64,000 bases of DNA from the NCBI GenBank assembly GCA_964637115.1, contig CAZWVL010000001.1, forward strand, positions 32,001 to 96,000. Direction: 5' to 3'. Positions 1-9,457 of the stretch are shown here, piece by piece (positions within the stretch are counted from its first letter, which is position 1; each line of letters opens with the position of its first letter). The notes under the pieces were generated by a model. The model was given only the letters and a program-made list of their open reading frames with translations. It was not told where the DNA came from and did not search any database. The DNA comes from an uncultured Methanosarcinales archaeon. GTDB taxonomy: Archaea > Nanobdellota > Nanobdellia > Woesearchaeales > ARS49. Made by a program: the position numbers and the translations under genes.

Positions 1-626
1 GGCGAAATTTGCTTGCCATTCCAGACTTCTTTTATGCCTGCAAGAATTTGAAGCAGTTCATCCTTGTACTCATCATATTCGTACTCAAACTCTTCCTGTT
101 CCCTGTTAATAAGGTAGAATTTTGCGGGTGTGTAAAGTTGCACTTTGCCAATCAGGTAAGTATAGAACGCTGCCTGCATAATGTATTCGTGCTTGATATG
201 TTTCGCACTCTTGATTTCCTTGACAATATAATAGTGATTGCCAAATGTACTGGAATGATCGTTTCTTCTTTCGATGACATCGGTAATACCGTAGATGTCT
301 TCAGGCAAGTAAAATAACGGAGCGCCAGTCAAAACCTTTGAGCCTTTCTGGCAGGCATCTAAAACCTGCTTGAAACCAGTTTCAAAAGAAAGCATGGGAA
401 TTTCAACAGCATCCGGAAATAAATCAGCACGCACGTTTTTCTCGTGCTGGATGCCTCTTTCAAACAGCAAATGCATGTACTTGTTTTCAGGCTCCCTTTC
501 TTCAGGTGGAGCAAACGCATCGCACCAAACAATAAAAGGGCTGATGCAATATTTCAGTACAGTGCTTCCAGTAATGGTGAACTTAGAACGATGCTTTCCG
601 GCAAGACAGCTCTCGAATACGTCCAT
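1..626 (-). CDS. TM0106-family RecB-like (PD-(D/E)XK) putative nuclease, truncated by window start
   Basis: Manual translation from ATG at 626: MDVFESCLAGKHRSKFTITGSTVLKYCISPFIVWCD...LFERGIQHE...YGITDVIER...YYIVKEIKSAKHIKHEYIMQAAFY. D...ExK and QxxxY motifs. Frame stays open to the edge, so it is absent from the ORF track. Confidence 0.75.
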   Translation of the reverse strand, partial: MDVFESCLAGKHRSKFTITGSTVLKYCISPFIVWCDAFAPPEEREPENKYMHLLFERGIQHEKNVRADLFPDAVEIPMLSFETGFKQVLDACQKGSKVLTGAPLFYLPEDIYGITDVIERRNDHSSTFGNHYYIVKEIKSAKHIKHEYIMQAAFYTYLIGKVQLYTPAKFYLINREQEEFEYEYDEYKDELLQILAGIKEVWNGKQIS

Positions 627-689
627 TATTCAAATCCTGTACGCTACCTTTATAAAATCTTGCGGCTTTTAATATGAAAAAGAGGAAGC

Positions 690-1319
690 ATGAAGCATCA
701 ATTATTGATATTCTTGACTATTGGTATGGTAGTCTTCTTCGCACTCATGAGCATGAAAGAACCTTTCATAACTGGGGCTGCAAGCACAGAAGAAAATGTA
801 AAAAGCTACGCAATGGTTTTGGATAATGTAATAACAAACTTTTTTGGCATTCACGACATTAATTTTCCAAATGGAAAGTGCGGCGACATCGCTCAAGAAT
901 TGTACAGCAACATAGCATTCTCTTCACTTGACACAACGGCTGGCTATGGTACAACCGGCCCTGACCGGATAGCAACCCTGAATTTCGTCGTTGATAGAAC
1001 AGAAAAGTATGGCACCGTCGACATGGCCAAAGGCAGTGAAATAATTCAAGATGGCACAACTGACAGTTTCATCAGCATCAACACTGAAACCATTGTTCGC
1101 GTTCCAAAAGAAGTAAGGACAACCTATTTCTCAATGGACCTGTATGGCATATCCAACGGGGCATTTATAATATCACACGGGTCATTCTCAACTCCCTCAG
1201 TTGACTGCACATTCATAACGAGAAACAGCATGGCAATCTGCGATTGTGTATCGCACCCAATCACCGGAATCAGAGTTGCAGGCATCACAGGCCTGCGCCC
1301 AGTAGAGAGAAACATTTAA
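690..1319 (+). CDS. hypothetical exported/membrane-anchored protein
   Basis: 209-aa ORF, N-terminal hydrophobic helix followed by PFITGAA, SD-like gaggaag upstream. Confidence 0.7.
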   Translation: MKHQLLIFLTIGMVVFFALMSMKEPFITGAASTEENVKSYAMVLDNVITNFFGIHDINFPNGKCGDIAQELYSNIAFSSLDTTAGYGTTGPDRIATLNFVVDRTEKYGTVDMAKGSEIIQDGTTDSFISINTETIVRVPKEVRTTYFSMDLYGISNGAFIISHGSFSTPSVDCTFITRNSMAICDCVSHPITGIRVAGITGLRPVERNI

Positions 1320-1368
1320 ATACTCTCTGCCAGTGTACGATAATCTATATTGAAAAAGTGAGTGAAAA

Positions 1369-1719
1369 ATGACAAATGATAGTGCTGACACAGCTGTGCT
1401 GGAATCAGTTAAAGCAGAATTTAAAGAAGCAAAGCATTCAGATATTGAGGCGCGTTTAAAACTATCTGACCTTGGCAAGAGCGTAGATCTTGGTGACTTA
1501 GCAGACGTTCATGTCGAGCGATGTGTTGATGATTCTTATCATCTTGAAAACTTTATGTACGTGTCTGACGGCCGGTGGGAAAAGTCAGATGTTGGTGTGC
1601 GAGTTCCGCTGACTGATAAAGACATCAAAGAAATAAAAAATGGCAAGTACGTCCTGATAGGGCCTATGCGAAACTGGCGCAACGGCGGAGAATACGCTCT
1701 CTGCAAGAAGTACAAATAA
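1369..1719 (+). CDS. hypothetical protein
   Basis: 116-aa ORF co-oriented with neighbours, gagtga upstream of ATG. Confidence 0.6.
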   Translation: MTNDSADTAVLESVKAEFKEAKHSDIEARLKLSDLGKSVDLGDLADVHVERCVDDSYHLENFMYVSDGRWEKSDVGVRVPLTDKDIKEIKNGKYVLIGPMRNWRNGGEYALCKKYK

Positions 1720-1788
1720 TTCTTAACAGTAATATTTATAAAGGCAAAACGTAATCACGTTCTTTAGACAAAAAAGAGGTTGATAGTA

Positions 1789-2442
1789 ATGCGGTTAAAC
1801 AAAAAAGCAGCACTAGAACTATCTATTACAGCAATTGTCGTTCTCATCATCGCAATAACGGTTCTCGGCTTAAGTATTGGCTTTATCAAAAAACAGTTCG
1901 GAGGAAGCGGCAAAATACTCGAAGAACAGCTCGCCAGTATCAAACAGAAGCTCAGAGACGATATACGAACAGGAGGCGACCTGCTGGTATTTTCAGTACC
2001 TGACCAGGTCAACGTCGGCAAGCCGAGCGGTATTGTCATCGGCGTGAGAAATACTGCACAAAATACTGACGGCGACAGAATCTGTTTCAGAGTAGAAGTC
2101 AGCTGCATCAAACCATTCACGCCAAACACTCCTTGCGTCTCAGACCAGCCGGGACCGCCATTCGAAACAGTAGCAGTTGGCGGCTATGATGCTGTCAACA
2201 ACGATTTTGTAGCGGGAAATCACAATTGGTTCAAAAGCATCCTCGGACAATTTGACTTGAAAAACTTCGAAGGAGACGTCTATGACGCCATATTACTTGT
2301 CAGAGCAGTAAAGCCTGACAGCTATCAAATGGAAATCAATGTCTATAAAGAGCCCAATGACAAAGCCTGCAAAGACCAAGGTTTCTCAGACCCGGCAAAA
2401 GAATTATACGCGAGCAAATCATTCTTCCTGAACGTGGTGTAA
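1789..2442 (+). CDS. class III signal peptide (type IV pilin-like) protein
   Basis: MRLNKKA-ALELSITAIVVLIIAITVLGL: short basic leader plus hydrophobic stretch; SD gaggt at 1776-1780 supports ATG 1789. Confidence 0.7.
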   Translation: MRLNKKAALELSITAIVVLIIAITVLGLSIGFIKKQFGGSGKILEEQLASIKQKLRDDIRTGGDLLVFSVPDQVNVGKPSGIVIGVRNTAQNTDGDRICFRVEVSCIKPFTPNTPCVSDQPGPPFETVAVGGYDAVNNDFVAGNHNWFKSILGQFDLKNFEGDVYDAILLVRAVKPDSYQMEINVYKEPNDKACKDQGFSDPAKELYASKSFFLNVV

Positions 2443-2443
2443 A

Positions 2444-2659
2444 ATGACCAAAAGACGATTAGCAGCACACGAAGAATTCGAAATAATGAAAATAGTTTTG
2501 GACAAGTTCCTGTGGATAGGCGCAGCACTAATGTTCTGGGGAATCTTCAAGAGCATTACAACAAGCTTTATGGACGGATTCTGGTATATACTGGCAGGGG
2601 CATTAGTCATGCTCGTATTCGCCTGGATTGTCATCAAAGAATTCGAAGCGATAAGATAA
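2444..2659 (+). CDS. small two-TM membrane protein
   Basis: 71 aa, two hydrophobic helices, 1 nt after previous stop. Confidence 0.7.
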   Translation: MTKRRLAAHEEFEIMKIVLDKFLWIGAALMFWGIFKSITTSFMDGFWYILAGALVMLVFAWIVIKEFEAIR

Positions 2660-2693
2660 TATTTATAAATCACTGTAACAGAGATGTTCTAAA

Positions 2694-4070
2694 ATGAGGT
2701 GCAATCTTATATTTATTCTAAGTGTGGCAGCACTAATCATACTTGCAGGCTGCGGCGGAGAATGCAAGACGGCAGCAGACTGCAAAGGAAAGCCAGCAAG
2801 CGCATTTACGCCGGCGTGCACAGACAAAACGTGCGTGTACACGCCAATACCAAACGTTTGTGGCAACAACGCCTGTGAAACAGGAGAAGACAAAGGAAAC
2901 TGCGAAATAGACTGCGGCGCGTGCAAAGGACAAGTGCAAGGCAGCAAGTATCTATTCTATACTAAAGTAGGTGACAAGTGCCTTGAAGATGTAGACGCAT
3001 CAAAGATTAAACCAGTCTATAGTAGTGCAGAAATACCAAGCGGCGGAGACAGATTCAAACTCGATACTGTTTACAGCCAGCCATTCAATCTAAAACGCGA
3101 CACATTCGGATTAACAATAACCCTTGGAGAACAAGGAGCGAACAACAGAGACGAACACATACTGAATGTAGAGTTGACGGCAACAACAAAAGACAGAAGA
3201 ACAATTTCTCTGGCGCGGCAAACTGTTGACAAGTACCTATGGACAACAGGCAGCGCAATAAAAGAAGATATTATCTTGGATTTTCCAACAGCAGAAATAG
3301 AAGGAGAGTTAACGAATTTAATACTTAAAATACAGTATGAATATTCATTGATTCTGGCAGGCAAGAAAACACAAAAACAAGGAATCCTGCAAAACAGGTA
3401 CAAAGAAACATTTGTATTTGTCAAACCATCTTCAACATATCCGTGCCCGGCAAACTGCAACGACAACAATCCAGGAACAAGAGACTTCTGCAACGTACAA
3501 ACAAACTACTTCTGCAAACACGAGCCAATACCAAACATGTGTGGAAACGGCAAGTGCGACGGAGCAGAAAATAAATGCACGTGTCCGCAAGACTGCGGAG
3601 TCTGCCCAGGAAGCGCAGGAACATTCTTGGAATATACGTGTCAAGGAACCAATTGCGTAACACAAATGAAAACAGGCGCAACACAGCAGCCAAGCACGTT
3701 ATTTGACGATAGAAGCCTTGGGCCAGTACAATTGCAAAACAATTACAAGTTCAAAAACCCATTCAACATCAAAACGGACAAGTTTGAGCTTGACTTCAAG
3801 ACGTACAGAGTAGACCCTGCAGTGTCAAACGTCAAAATTGACACAGTCAGAATACTGGAAGGACAAGAGCAACTCGCAGAAATAACTGTAGATAAAGAAC
3901 TCAGCGACAAAATAACTTCAGTAGAAGTACAAATTCCTTCTATAATCGAACCAGAAGAAGAACACAACCTACTGCTGGCAGTCTGGTATACGTACACGCA
4001 AAACGATCAGGAAAAACAGGGAAGCTATCAAAAACCATTAGGAAAGATAACCCTGATAAACCCAGGATGA
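2694..4070 (+). CDS. Cys-rich surface lipoprotein
   Basis: Lipobox LAGC; two Cys-rich repeats (IPNVCGNNACETGE..NC..DCG / IPNMCGNGKCDGAENKC.C..DCG) alternating with beta-rich domains. Confidence 0.75.
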   Translation: MRCNLIFILSVAALIILAGCGGECKTAADCKGKPASAFTPACTDKTCVYTPIPNVCGNNACETGEDKGNCEIDCGACKGQVQGSKYLFYTKVGDKCLEDVDASKIKPVYSSAEIPSGGDRFKLDTVYSQPFNLKRDTFGLTITLGEQGANNRDEHILNVELTATTKDRRTISLARQTVDKYLWTTGSAIKEDIILDFPTAEIEGELTNLILKIQYEYSLILAGKKTQKQGILQNRYKETFVFVKPSSTYPCPANCNDNNPGTRDFCNVQTNYFCKHEPIPNMCGNGKCDGAENKCTCPQDCGVCPGSAGTFLEYTCQGTNCVTQMKTGATQQPSTLFDDRSLGPVQLQNNYKFKNPFNIKTDKFELDFKTYRVDPAVSNVKIDTVRILEGQEQLAEITVDKELSDKITSVEVQIPSIIEPEEEHNLLLAVWYTYTQNDQEKQGSYQKPLGKITLINPG

Positions 4071-4708
4071 CGAACAAAAAGGGTATGGAATTGAGTATCG
4101 GGCTCATAGTCATTCTCATATTGTCAATACTTATTTTTTCTCTTTCACTATACTTTTTATTCAAATGGTTCGGCCAAGCAGAAGAACTCAAAGCAGAAAT
4201 AGACAGAGCAACACACGAACAAATACTAACTGCATTAAAGTCAGGAAATCAATTGGTAGCAATACCAATTGCGATACAGGAACAGAAACGCGGCAACAAG
4301 GTCACGTTTGGAGTTGGAATAAGAAATTTGGCGGCAGAGAAGCAGTTCAGCATGGCAGCAGCGTTCTCAGGAGCATATATGCCGAATGGCAACGCCATCT
4401 GCACAGCAGGAGAATCCTGCGCTTTTTACATTGAAGAACACTGGCTGGGCGGATTTGCAACAACACCGACGTTTACCTTGAAGAAAAATGAAGAAAAAAT
4501 ACTGCCATTATTAATAAAAACAGATGTTAACATAGACGCAGGAAGAACTACACCGAAAGGAGACTACACGTTCAATGTGTGCGTATATGATAAAAAACTT
4601 CGTGATGACGGCACGCCGCCAGCAGCCTGCAGTGCAGGACAATTTTCGTATAATCCAGGAGAGTTCTACACCGCGAAGATATATCAGGTGACTGTGAAAG
4701 TTGTTTAA
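4067..4708 (+). CDS. class III signal peptide (type IV pilin-like) protein
   Basis: MTNKKG-MELSIGLIVILILSILIF; ATGA overlap with upstream gene. Confidence 0.75.
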   Translation: MTNKKGMELSIGLIVILILSILIFSLSLYFLFKWFGQAEELKAEIDRATHEQILTALKSGNQLVAIPIAIQEQKRGNKVTFGVGIRNLAAEKQFSMAAAFSGAYMPNGNAICTAGESCAFYIEEHWLGGFATTPTFTLKKNEEKILPLLIKTDVNIDAGRTTPKGDYTFNVCVYDKKLRDDGTPPAACSAGQFSYNPGEFYTAKIYQVTVKVV

Positions 4709-4971
4709 CACATACGTCCTTTATGCACAACAGGACGGTCGCGGAACTTCTTTCGCAAGTAAAGCATATCATTCGATGCCTTCATCACAGTCTCCTGGTC
4801 TTTTGTAACGTTTCTTAATTGCAAAAGACGCCTGATGACGGGAGCGTAACCATCACGCTTGACCAACTTTTCAAGAATTCTCCTTCTTTTTGTTTGCGGC
4901 AAGCTCTTGCTCCAGCCGCCCAGCTTGCCGGACTCAAAATGAGCCCACTTGCGGACATATTTCTTTGGCAT
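4705..4971 (-). CDS. small basic helical protein (possibly DUF5771-like)
   Basis: ATG at 4971: MPKKYVRKWAHFESGKLGGWSKSLPQTKRRRILEKLVKRDGYAPVIRRLLQLRNVTKD; family call from memory only. Confidence 0.55.
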   Translation of the reverse strand: MPKKYVRKWAHFESGKLGGWSKSLPQTKRRRILEKLVKRDGYAPVIRRLLQLRNVTKDQETVMKASNDMLYLRKKFRDRPVVHKGRMC

Positions 4972-5033
4972 TACAGATAAAAAGATAACGTGCAATAAAA
5001 GAGTTCATAGTCACGAGAGAGTTAAAGCAGAAT

Positions 5034-5927
5034 CTACAAAGCTGATCTGTCAGCTTTACGTCCAGGATCAACGTATTTCAATACCATCGTTTCAGCAACT
5101 GTTTCAATCTTGCTACCAACCTGTCTATCGCTCCTATGCAAAGGCTGATAAATGGTTAAATGCAAAGCAGGGCCGAAACGGCTGTTTCTGGCAGGAGTTG
5201 ATGAAGCAAAATCATTGCGAATATCTATGCCGAATCTTTTTCCAAACTCTGCCAATGGGAATCCAGCAAGTTCAGCCTTTTCAGCCATTTCATAAAAGAG
5301 CGCCACTTCCTGAACGGAATTGTACAAATTAACTATTTGGCTCTCTGCTTCGGGTGTAAAGTCTCCGTTAAATGTCTTTTTTAAGTGAACCTGAGGCAGC
5401 ACTGCATAATCTTGAGGTTTTATTTTAAACTCTGGAATCGTTTCGTATCGATCAGATAATTTCATCACATCGCACAGCTCTTTCAATTTCATTCTAGGCA
5501 AAAGACCAGAAACAGTTCCTATAAAACTCAATTCAGCAGAATATGATTGCCCAGGGAAGTCGCCTTGATAAGGAATTATTTCTTTTGAATAATGCCATGT
5601 CTTGAAAATAGGCAGGCCTGCACGAGTTACGAATACACCTCTCCCTTTTCTGAAATCCAAATCAGTGCTGGATTCGGCGTTATAGAGCTCACGTTCAACC
5701 CGTGAGTGTTCAAGTCTGACAGGAGGATTATATTCAAACCTTGCTTTGTATGAATGTTCTCGTGCTTTCCCATTAGATTTGGCTTGGCCATCGCTAAGAG
5801 TCACGTTCATCCGGGAAGAAGTAAAATTTTGGGAATTAGCACGCAATATTCTGCCAGTTTGTTTTAATTCCACTTCAGGCAACGTAAAATTCAGTGCAAC
5901 CGCTGCTTCCAAAGTCGATATAAACAT
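5034..5927 (-). CDS. hypothetical protein
   Basis: 297-aa ORF, no recognised motif. Confidence 0.65.
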   Translation of the reverse strand: MFISTLEAAVALNFTLPEVELKQTGRILRANSQNFTSSRMNVTLSDGQAKSNGKAREHSYKARFEYNPPVRLEHSRVERELYNAESSTDLDFRKGRGVFVTRAGLPIFKTWHYSKEIIPYQGDFPGQSYSAELSFIGTVSGLLPRMKLKELCDVMKLSDRYETIPEFKIKPQDYAVLPQVHLKKTFNGDFTPEAESQIVNLYNSVQEVALFYEMAEKAELAGFPLAEFGKRFGIDIRNDFASSTPARNSRFGPALHLTIYQPLHRSDRQVGSKIETVAETMVLKYVDPGRKADRSAL

Positions 5928-5993
5928 TTTTATCCCCAGGTCCGGGCTGCCCTTTTGGTATAAAAGCTTTATTGTAATGCCGTATACTAGAAG

Positions 5994-6455
5994 TTACCTA
6001 AACGTCCCAACCATAATGCCCTTTACATTCTCATATGGAACCAGCCATTGGTCCGAGTCAGGATTTGCAGTACCTTTTGTTTGATAATATGTCTTGCCAT
6101 CCTGTTTTGTTATATCAATAACCATGTGCAAGACAGTGCCGGCAACAGAAGGCTCGTAGAACGAAATCACATCGCCAACGCGAATCTCATCAGCAGATTC
6201 TGGAGTTTTCTCAAACACAACAGAATCGTGCGTGATTAAAGGCGCCATAGAGTCAGAACTTACTTTTGCGTACTTCAAACCCGGATAATCAATCTGCACC
6301 AGGTCTTCAAATACCTTGATAGCATCAAAAGGAATCCGCTGCGTGCTCTCCACTACTGCATTAGTTGTGGCAAGTCGTGTTTCAGCAGGGAGAGGCACTT
6401 GCAGCGAGAAACCTAATAAAAAGAATACGATTGCTATTAACACCCCTTTAATCAT
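5994..6455 (-). CDS. S26-family signal peptidase I-like protein (SEC11-type Ser-His)
   Basis: N-terminal TM; VSSDSMAP (Ser), GDVISF, VLHMVI (His), YQTKGTAN..D boxes. Confidence 0.8.
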   Translation of the reverse strand: MIKGVLIAIVFFLLGFSLQVPLPAETRLATTNAVVESTQRIPFDAIKVFEDLVQIDYPGLKYAKVSSDSMAPLITHDSVVFEKTPESADEIRVGDVISFYEPSVAGTVLHMVIDITKQDGKTYYQTKGTANPDSDQWLVPYENVKGIMVGTFR

Positions 6456-6600
6456 ATGAACCCCTAATTAACCCCATTTCAGTTAATACACTGACGCATT
6501 AAAAAGATTCATTGTCACGACTGAGTGAAACGGCAAAGAAAGCTGTACCAGTATACAAAAAAGTAACCTTTTTATAGTAGCCTGACTAACACTGCTTGTG

Positions 6601-6640
6601 AAAAGAGAGCATCGCCAAACAAGTTTGGCGGGTCTTTTTT
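6601..6640 (+). promoter_or_regulatory. hairpin with U-tract in predicted 5' leader
   Basis: cgccaaac(6613-20)/gtttggcg(6623-30) perfect 8-bp stem, extended by aaaagaga/tctttttt; downstream of TATA-like aacctttttata (6565-6576). Confidence 0.4.
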
Positions 6641-6663
6641 ACTTTGTAAAAAAAGGTGAATGA

Positions 6664-8520
6664 GTGAAGGCGGTAACCCTACTGATATTATTGTTGCTTG
6701 CGACAGCTGCACATGCAGCAAGTGTCACGTTAACGCCAGCAACAGTATACGAAACAACAAAAGCGTGGCAAACGCTAAGTGTTAACAATTACAAAGGCAG
6801 CTCCATAATTTCTAAAGTTACCGTAACATCTCCTGATTTGCTGATAACCGGGGCAGAGACTTATCTTGGCTGGACAACAACCCAAACAGCTTCTGTCGCA
6901 GAATGGAAAAACGGAAGCATTGGAAGCAACATTAAAGACGCAGCATTCGAATTTGAAGTAAGCGCTCCAACGGTAAGCGAAAATACGACTGCAGATGTAA
7001 CAGTATCGTTTGATTCTTCTAACAATGGAATGACTATCACCATACTTAATGATGCAACACCCCCAACAATCACAAACATAAAACCAAACGACTACGCAAA
7101 AGCAAACAATCCAGCACAGCCAGTTAGCGTTAACGTCACTGACGCTGAGACAAGCGTGTCAAGCGTTACTTATTCCTTCAACAATTGCCTTAGTGGAGCA
7201 GACACGAACGTTTCACTGACAAAAACAGGAGACCTGTATACAGGCACGGCAGACTTTACTGCATACGACGAAGGAATGAAAGCGTGCTACAAAATAATTG
7301 CGAAGAATGCTCCGGGAGAAGTTGCAACAGTAACAGGTGAATTATTATTTGACGGCACAGCACCAAGCGCTTCCATAATTTCACCAACAGGATTTGCCAC
7401 AGAAACAACAGACTTTGTCTTTAACGCAACAGACAACATTGCAACGACATTATCCTGCGAGCTAAAATTAGGCACGACAACACTTGACACAGTAAATGTT
7501 GCTAATGGCACAACAGTAACTGTAGGAAAAAACCTGAGCAGCTTTGACGAAGGCAGCCAGACGTGGACAGTAACGTGCACAGACGGAGTGGGATTGAGCG
7601 TGACGCGCGCGCAGGCAATATTACTTGACAAACTGCCCCCATCAATAACTCTCGAATACAACTCAATGGTTCCACGAACAACATCGAGCCAGTTCACAGC
7701 AACAGTGGTTGATACGGTTGGACTGGCAAGCGTAAACGCAACATTTGACGGAAATACAGCAATGTTAGCACAATCAGGCAACACGTTCACGGGCAGCTTC
7801 AGCTCAAACACGCTGGGAACGAAAACCTTGACTATTGAGGCAAAGGATGACGCAGGACACATTGCAATAAAGACAGTTGATGTCGTAATTGTGCCAAATC
7901 ACGTCCTCACACTCAGCTTATCGCCATCAAATGCGAACCCTGGAGAAACAATAACGGCATCAGGCACGCTAACTGCAGACGGTAATGTGTCTGTTAACAA
8001 AGTGATTGTGAAGAGTCCAAGCGGTGACGACATTGTTGACTTGAGCGGCAATGATTACTCAAGTACCTTTACTGCACCAAGTGCAGGAACTTACGTTATA
8101 ACAGCAGAGTTTACTGAAGGCGGATACACGTACAAAGCAAGTGCAACATTGACAGTGGCTGGAGCAGGACAACAACAAACATACTACCAAAACGGAATTG
8201 GCGCAGAAGCGTGGAGAACAAGCGGCTACGTCAAACCAGATGAAGAACCACAACAAAACCCTGACGGAAATGGCAACCAGCTGACAGAAGAGACTCCTCC
8301 ATCAGCAGCACCAGCAGAATACGAACCACTGCCACCAGAAGAACCACGCTCGGCTATCACGCCAAAAACAACAGGCGTCTTTGACCTAGGCGGAACAATC
8401 AAATGGCTGGCATTACTATTAGCACTCGCACTGTTGATTGGACTTGGCACTTATGCCTGGAACAAGCGCGGCAAAAAAGAAGACGGCATAGACTGGAACG
8501 GCTATTTCAAGCAAGACTAA
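6664..8520 (+). CDS. cell-surface protein with Ig-like repeats and C-terminal TM anchor
   Basis: Signal peptide, T/S/N-rich beta domains with D.T.P boundaries, P/E-rich linker, C-terminal hydrophobic helix plus basic tail. Confidence 0.8.
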   Translation: MKAVTLLILLLLATAAHAASVTLTPATVYETTKAWQTLSVNNYKGSSIISKVTVTSPDLLITGAETYLGWTTTQTASVAEWKNGSIGSNIKDAAFEFEVSAPTVSENTTADVTVSFDSSNNGMTITILNDATPPTITNIKPNDYAKANNPAQPVSVNVTDAETSVSSVTYSFNNCLSGADTNVSLTKTGDLYTGTADFTAYDEGMKACYKIIAKNAPGEVATVTGELLFDGTAPSASIISPTGFATETTDFVFNATDNIATTLSCELKLGTTTLDTVNVANGTTVTVGKNLSSFDEGSQTWTVTCTDGVGLSVTRAQAILLDKLPPSITLEYNSMVPRTTSSQFTATVVDTVGLASVNATFDGNTAMLAQSGNTFTGSFSSNTLGTKTLTIEAKDDAGHIAIKTVDVVIVPNHVLTLSLSPSNANPGETITASGTLTADGNVSVNKVIVKSPSGDDIVDLSGNDYSSTFTAPSAGTYVITAEFTEGGYTYKASATLTVAGAGQQQTYYQNGIGAEAWRTSGYVKPDEEPQQNPDGNGNQLTEETPPSAAPAEYEPLPPEEPRSAITPKTTGVFDLGGTIKWLALLLALALLIGLGTYAWNKRGKKEDGIDWNGYFKQD

Positions 8521-9330
8521 ATGGTGCTGGAACAATTCCTTGACAGAAAGTTTGTTGTCCAGCATACCTTCTTCGTTTTTATTTTAAGCGCTTTGTACGT
8601 ATTTGTTGCATATGCAGTAGAGTACTTGTTCTTTCCCAATCAAGGGCTTGCAATAGTTCTTCTTGTTACTATATTGCTTGTTCCGAGCCTGCATCATCTT
8701 GTTGTCATAGAAGAAAAACTGGAAAGCAAAGGAGCATCACATTTCTGGAAAAGACACAAAACCATAATACAATGCTATGTAGGGGCATTTCTTGGCCTGC
8801 TGGTTGGATTTCTCATCCTGGGCTTTGTAAATCCATCAACACTTGATTTTCAAAGAATACAGCTTGAACAAGAACACCTGAAGCCGGAAATTATCTCAAC
8901 ATTCTTAGGCCAGCCATACGAGCCAGACATGGCAACAACTATCGCTTTATTTTCACACAACATAATGTATCTGCTGATAGGCTTTGTATTATCAATCTTT
9001 TATGGTGCGGGCGCGATATTTCTTGTAACGTATAACGCATCATTCTTTGCAGCATTTGTGATAGAGTTGTTTAGCAAATGGGCAGCTGCAGGACAACTTG
9101 CGGCTGTTTCACTTGTTCATTTGCTGCCTGAGAGTGCTGGGTACATTTTAACAGCGATTGCAGGAGCAGAAATATCACGCGCACTAATACACGAAAAAGT
9201 AACAGGAGACGCGTTCAGAAACGTGCTGAAGAACTGCTTCTTGCTGCTGGTATTTGCTGTTTTGTTTGTTCTTTTGGCAGCGTTCCTGGAAACGTATGTG
9301 ACTGCGACGTTTTTTCATAGTGTTATTTGA
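8521..9330 (+). CDS. SpoIIM-family (stage II sporulation protein M-like) membrane protein
   Basis: Multi-TM; FSHN...LSIFYGAGAIFLVTYNAS and VHLLPESAGYILTAIAG; LLAAFLETY tail. Confidence 0.75.
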   Translation: MVLEQFLDRKFVVQHTFFVFILSALYVFVAYAVEYLFFPNQGLAIVLLVTILLVPSLHHLVVIEEKLESKGASHFWKRHKTIIQCYVGAFLGLLVGFLILGFVNPSTLDFQRIQLEQEHLKPEIISTFLGQPYEPDMATTIALFSHNIMYLLIGFVLSIFYGAGAIFLVTYNASFFAAFVIELFSKWAAAGQLAAVSLVHLLPESAGYILTAIAGAEISRALIHEKVTGDAFRNVLKNCFLLLVFAVLFVLLAAFLETYVTATFFHSVI

Positions 9331-9457
9331 TAATTTCCGGGTTTTTTGATATTTTCTGTAAATCTTCCAGACACACTCGTAAAGTTTACAATTTCTTCGA
9401 CGAAAGAAACTTTAAGGAGTAAAACAAATAGAAAAATGCTGGCTAACGCCAGCAAAC

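Noticed and set aside
6598-6663. In-frame GTG-started 21-codon ORF ending in TGA directly before the 6664 gene (possible readthrough or Sec)
   Set aside because: The 6664 product already starts with a complete signal peptide and has an aggtga SD; there is no SECIS-like evidence, and the tRNA found has no UCA anticodon.
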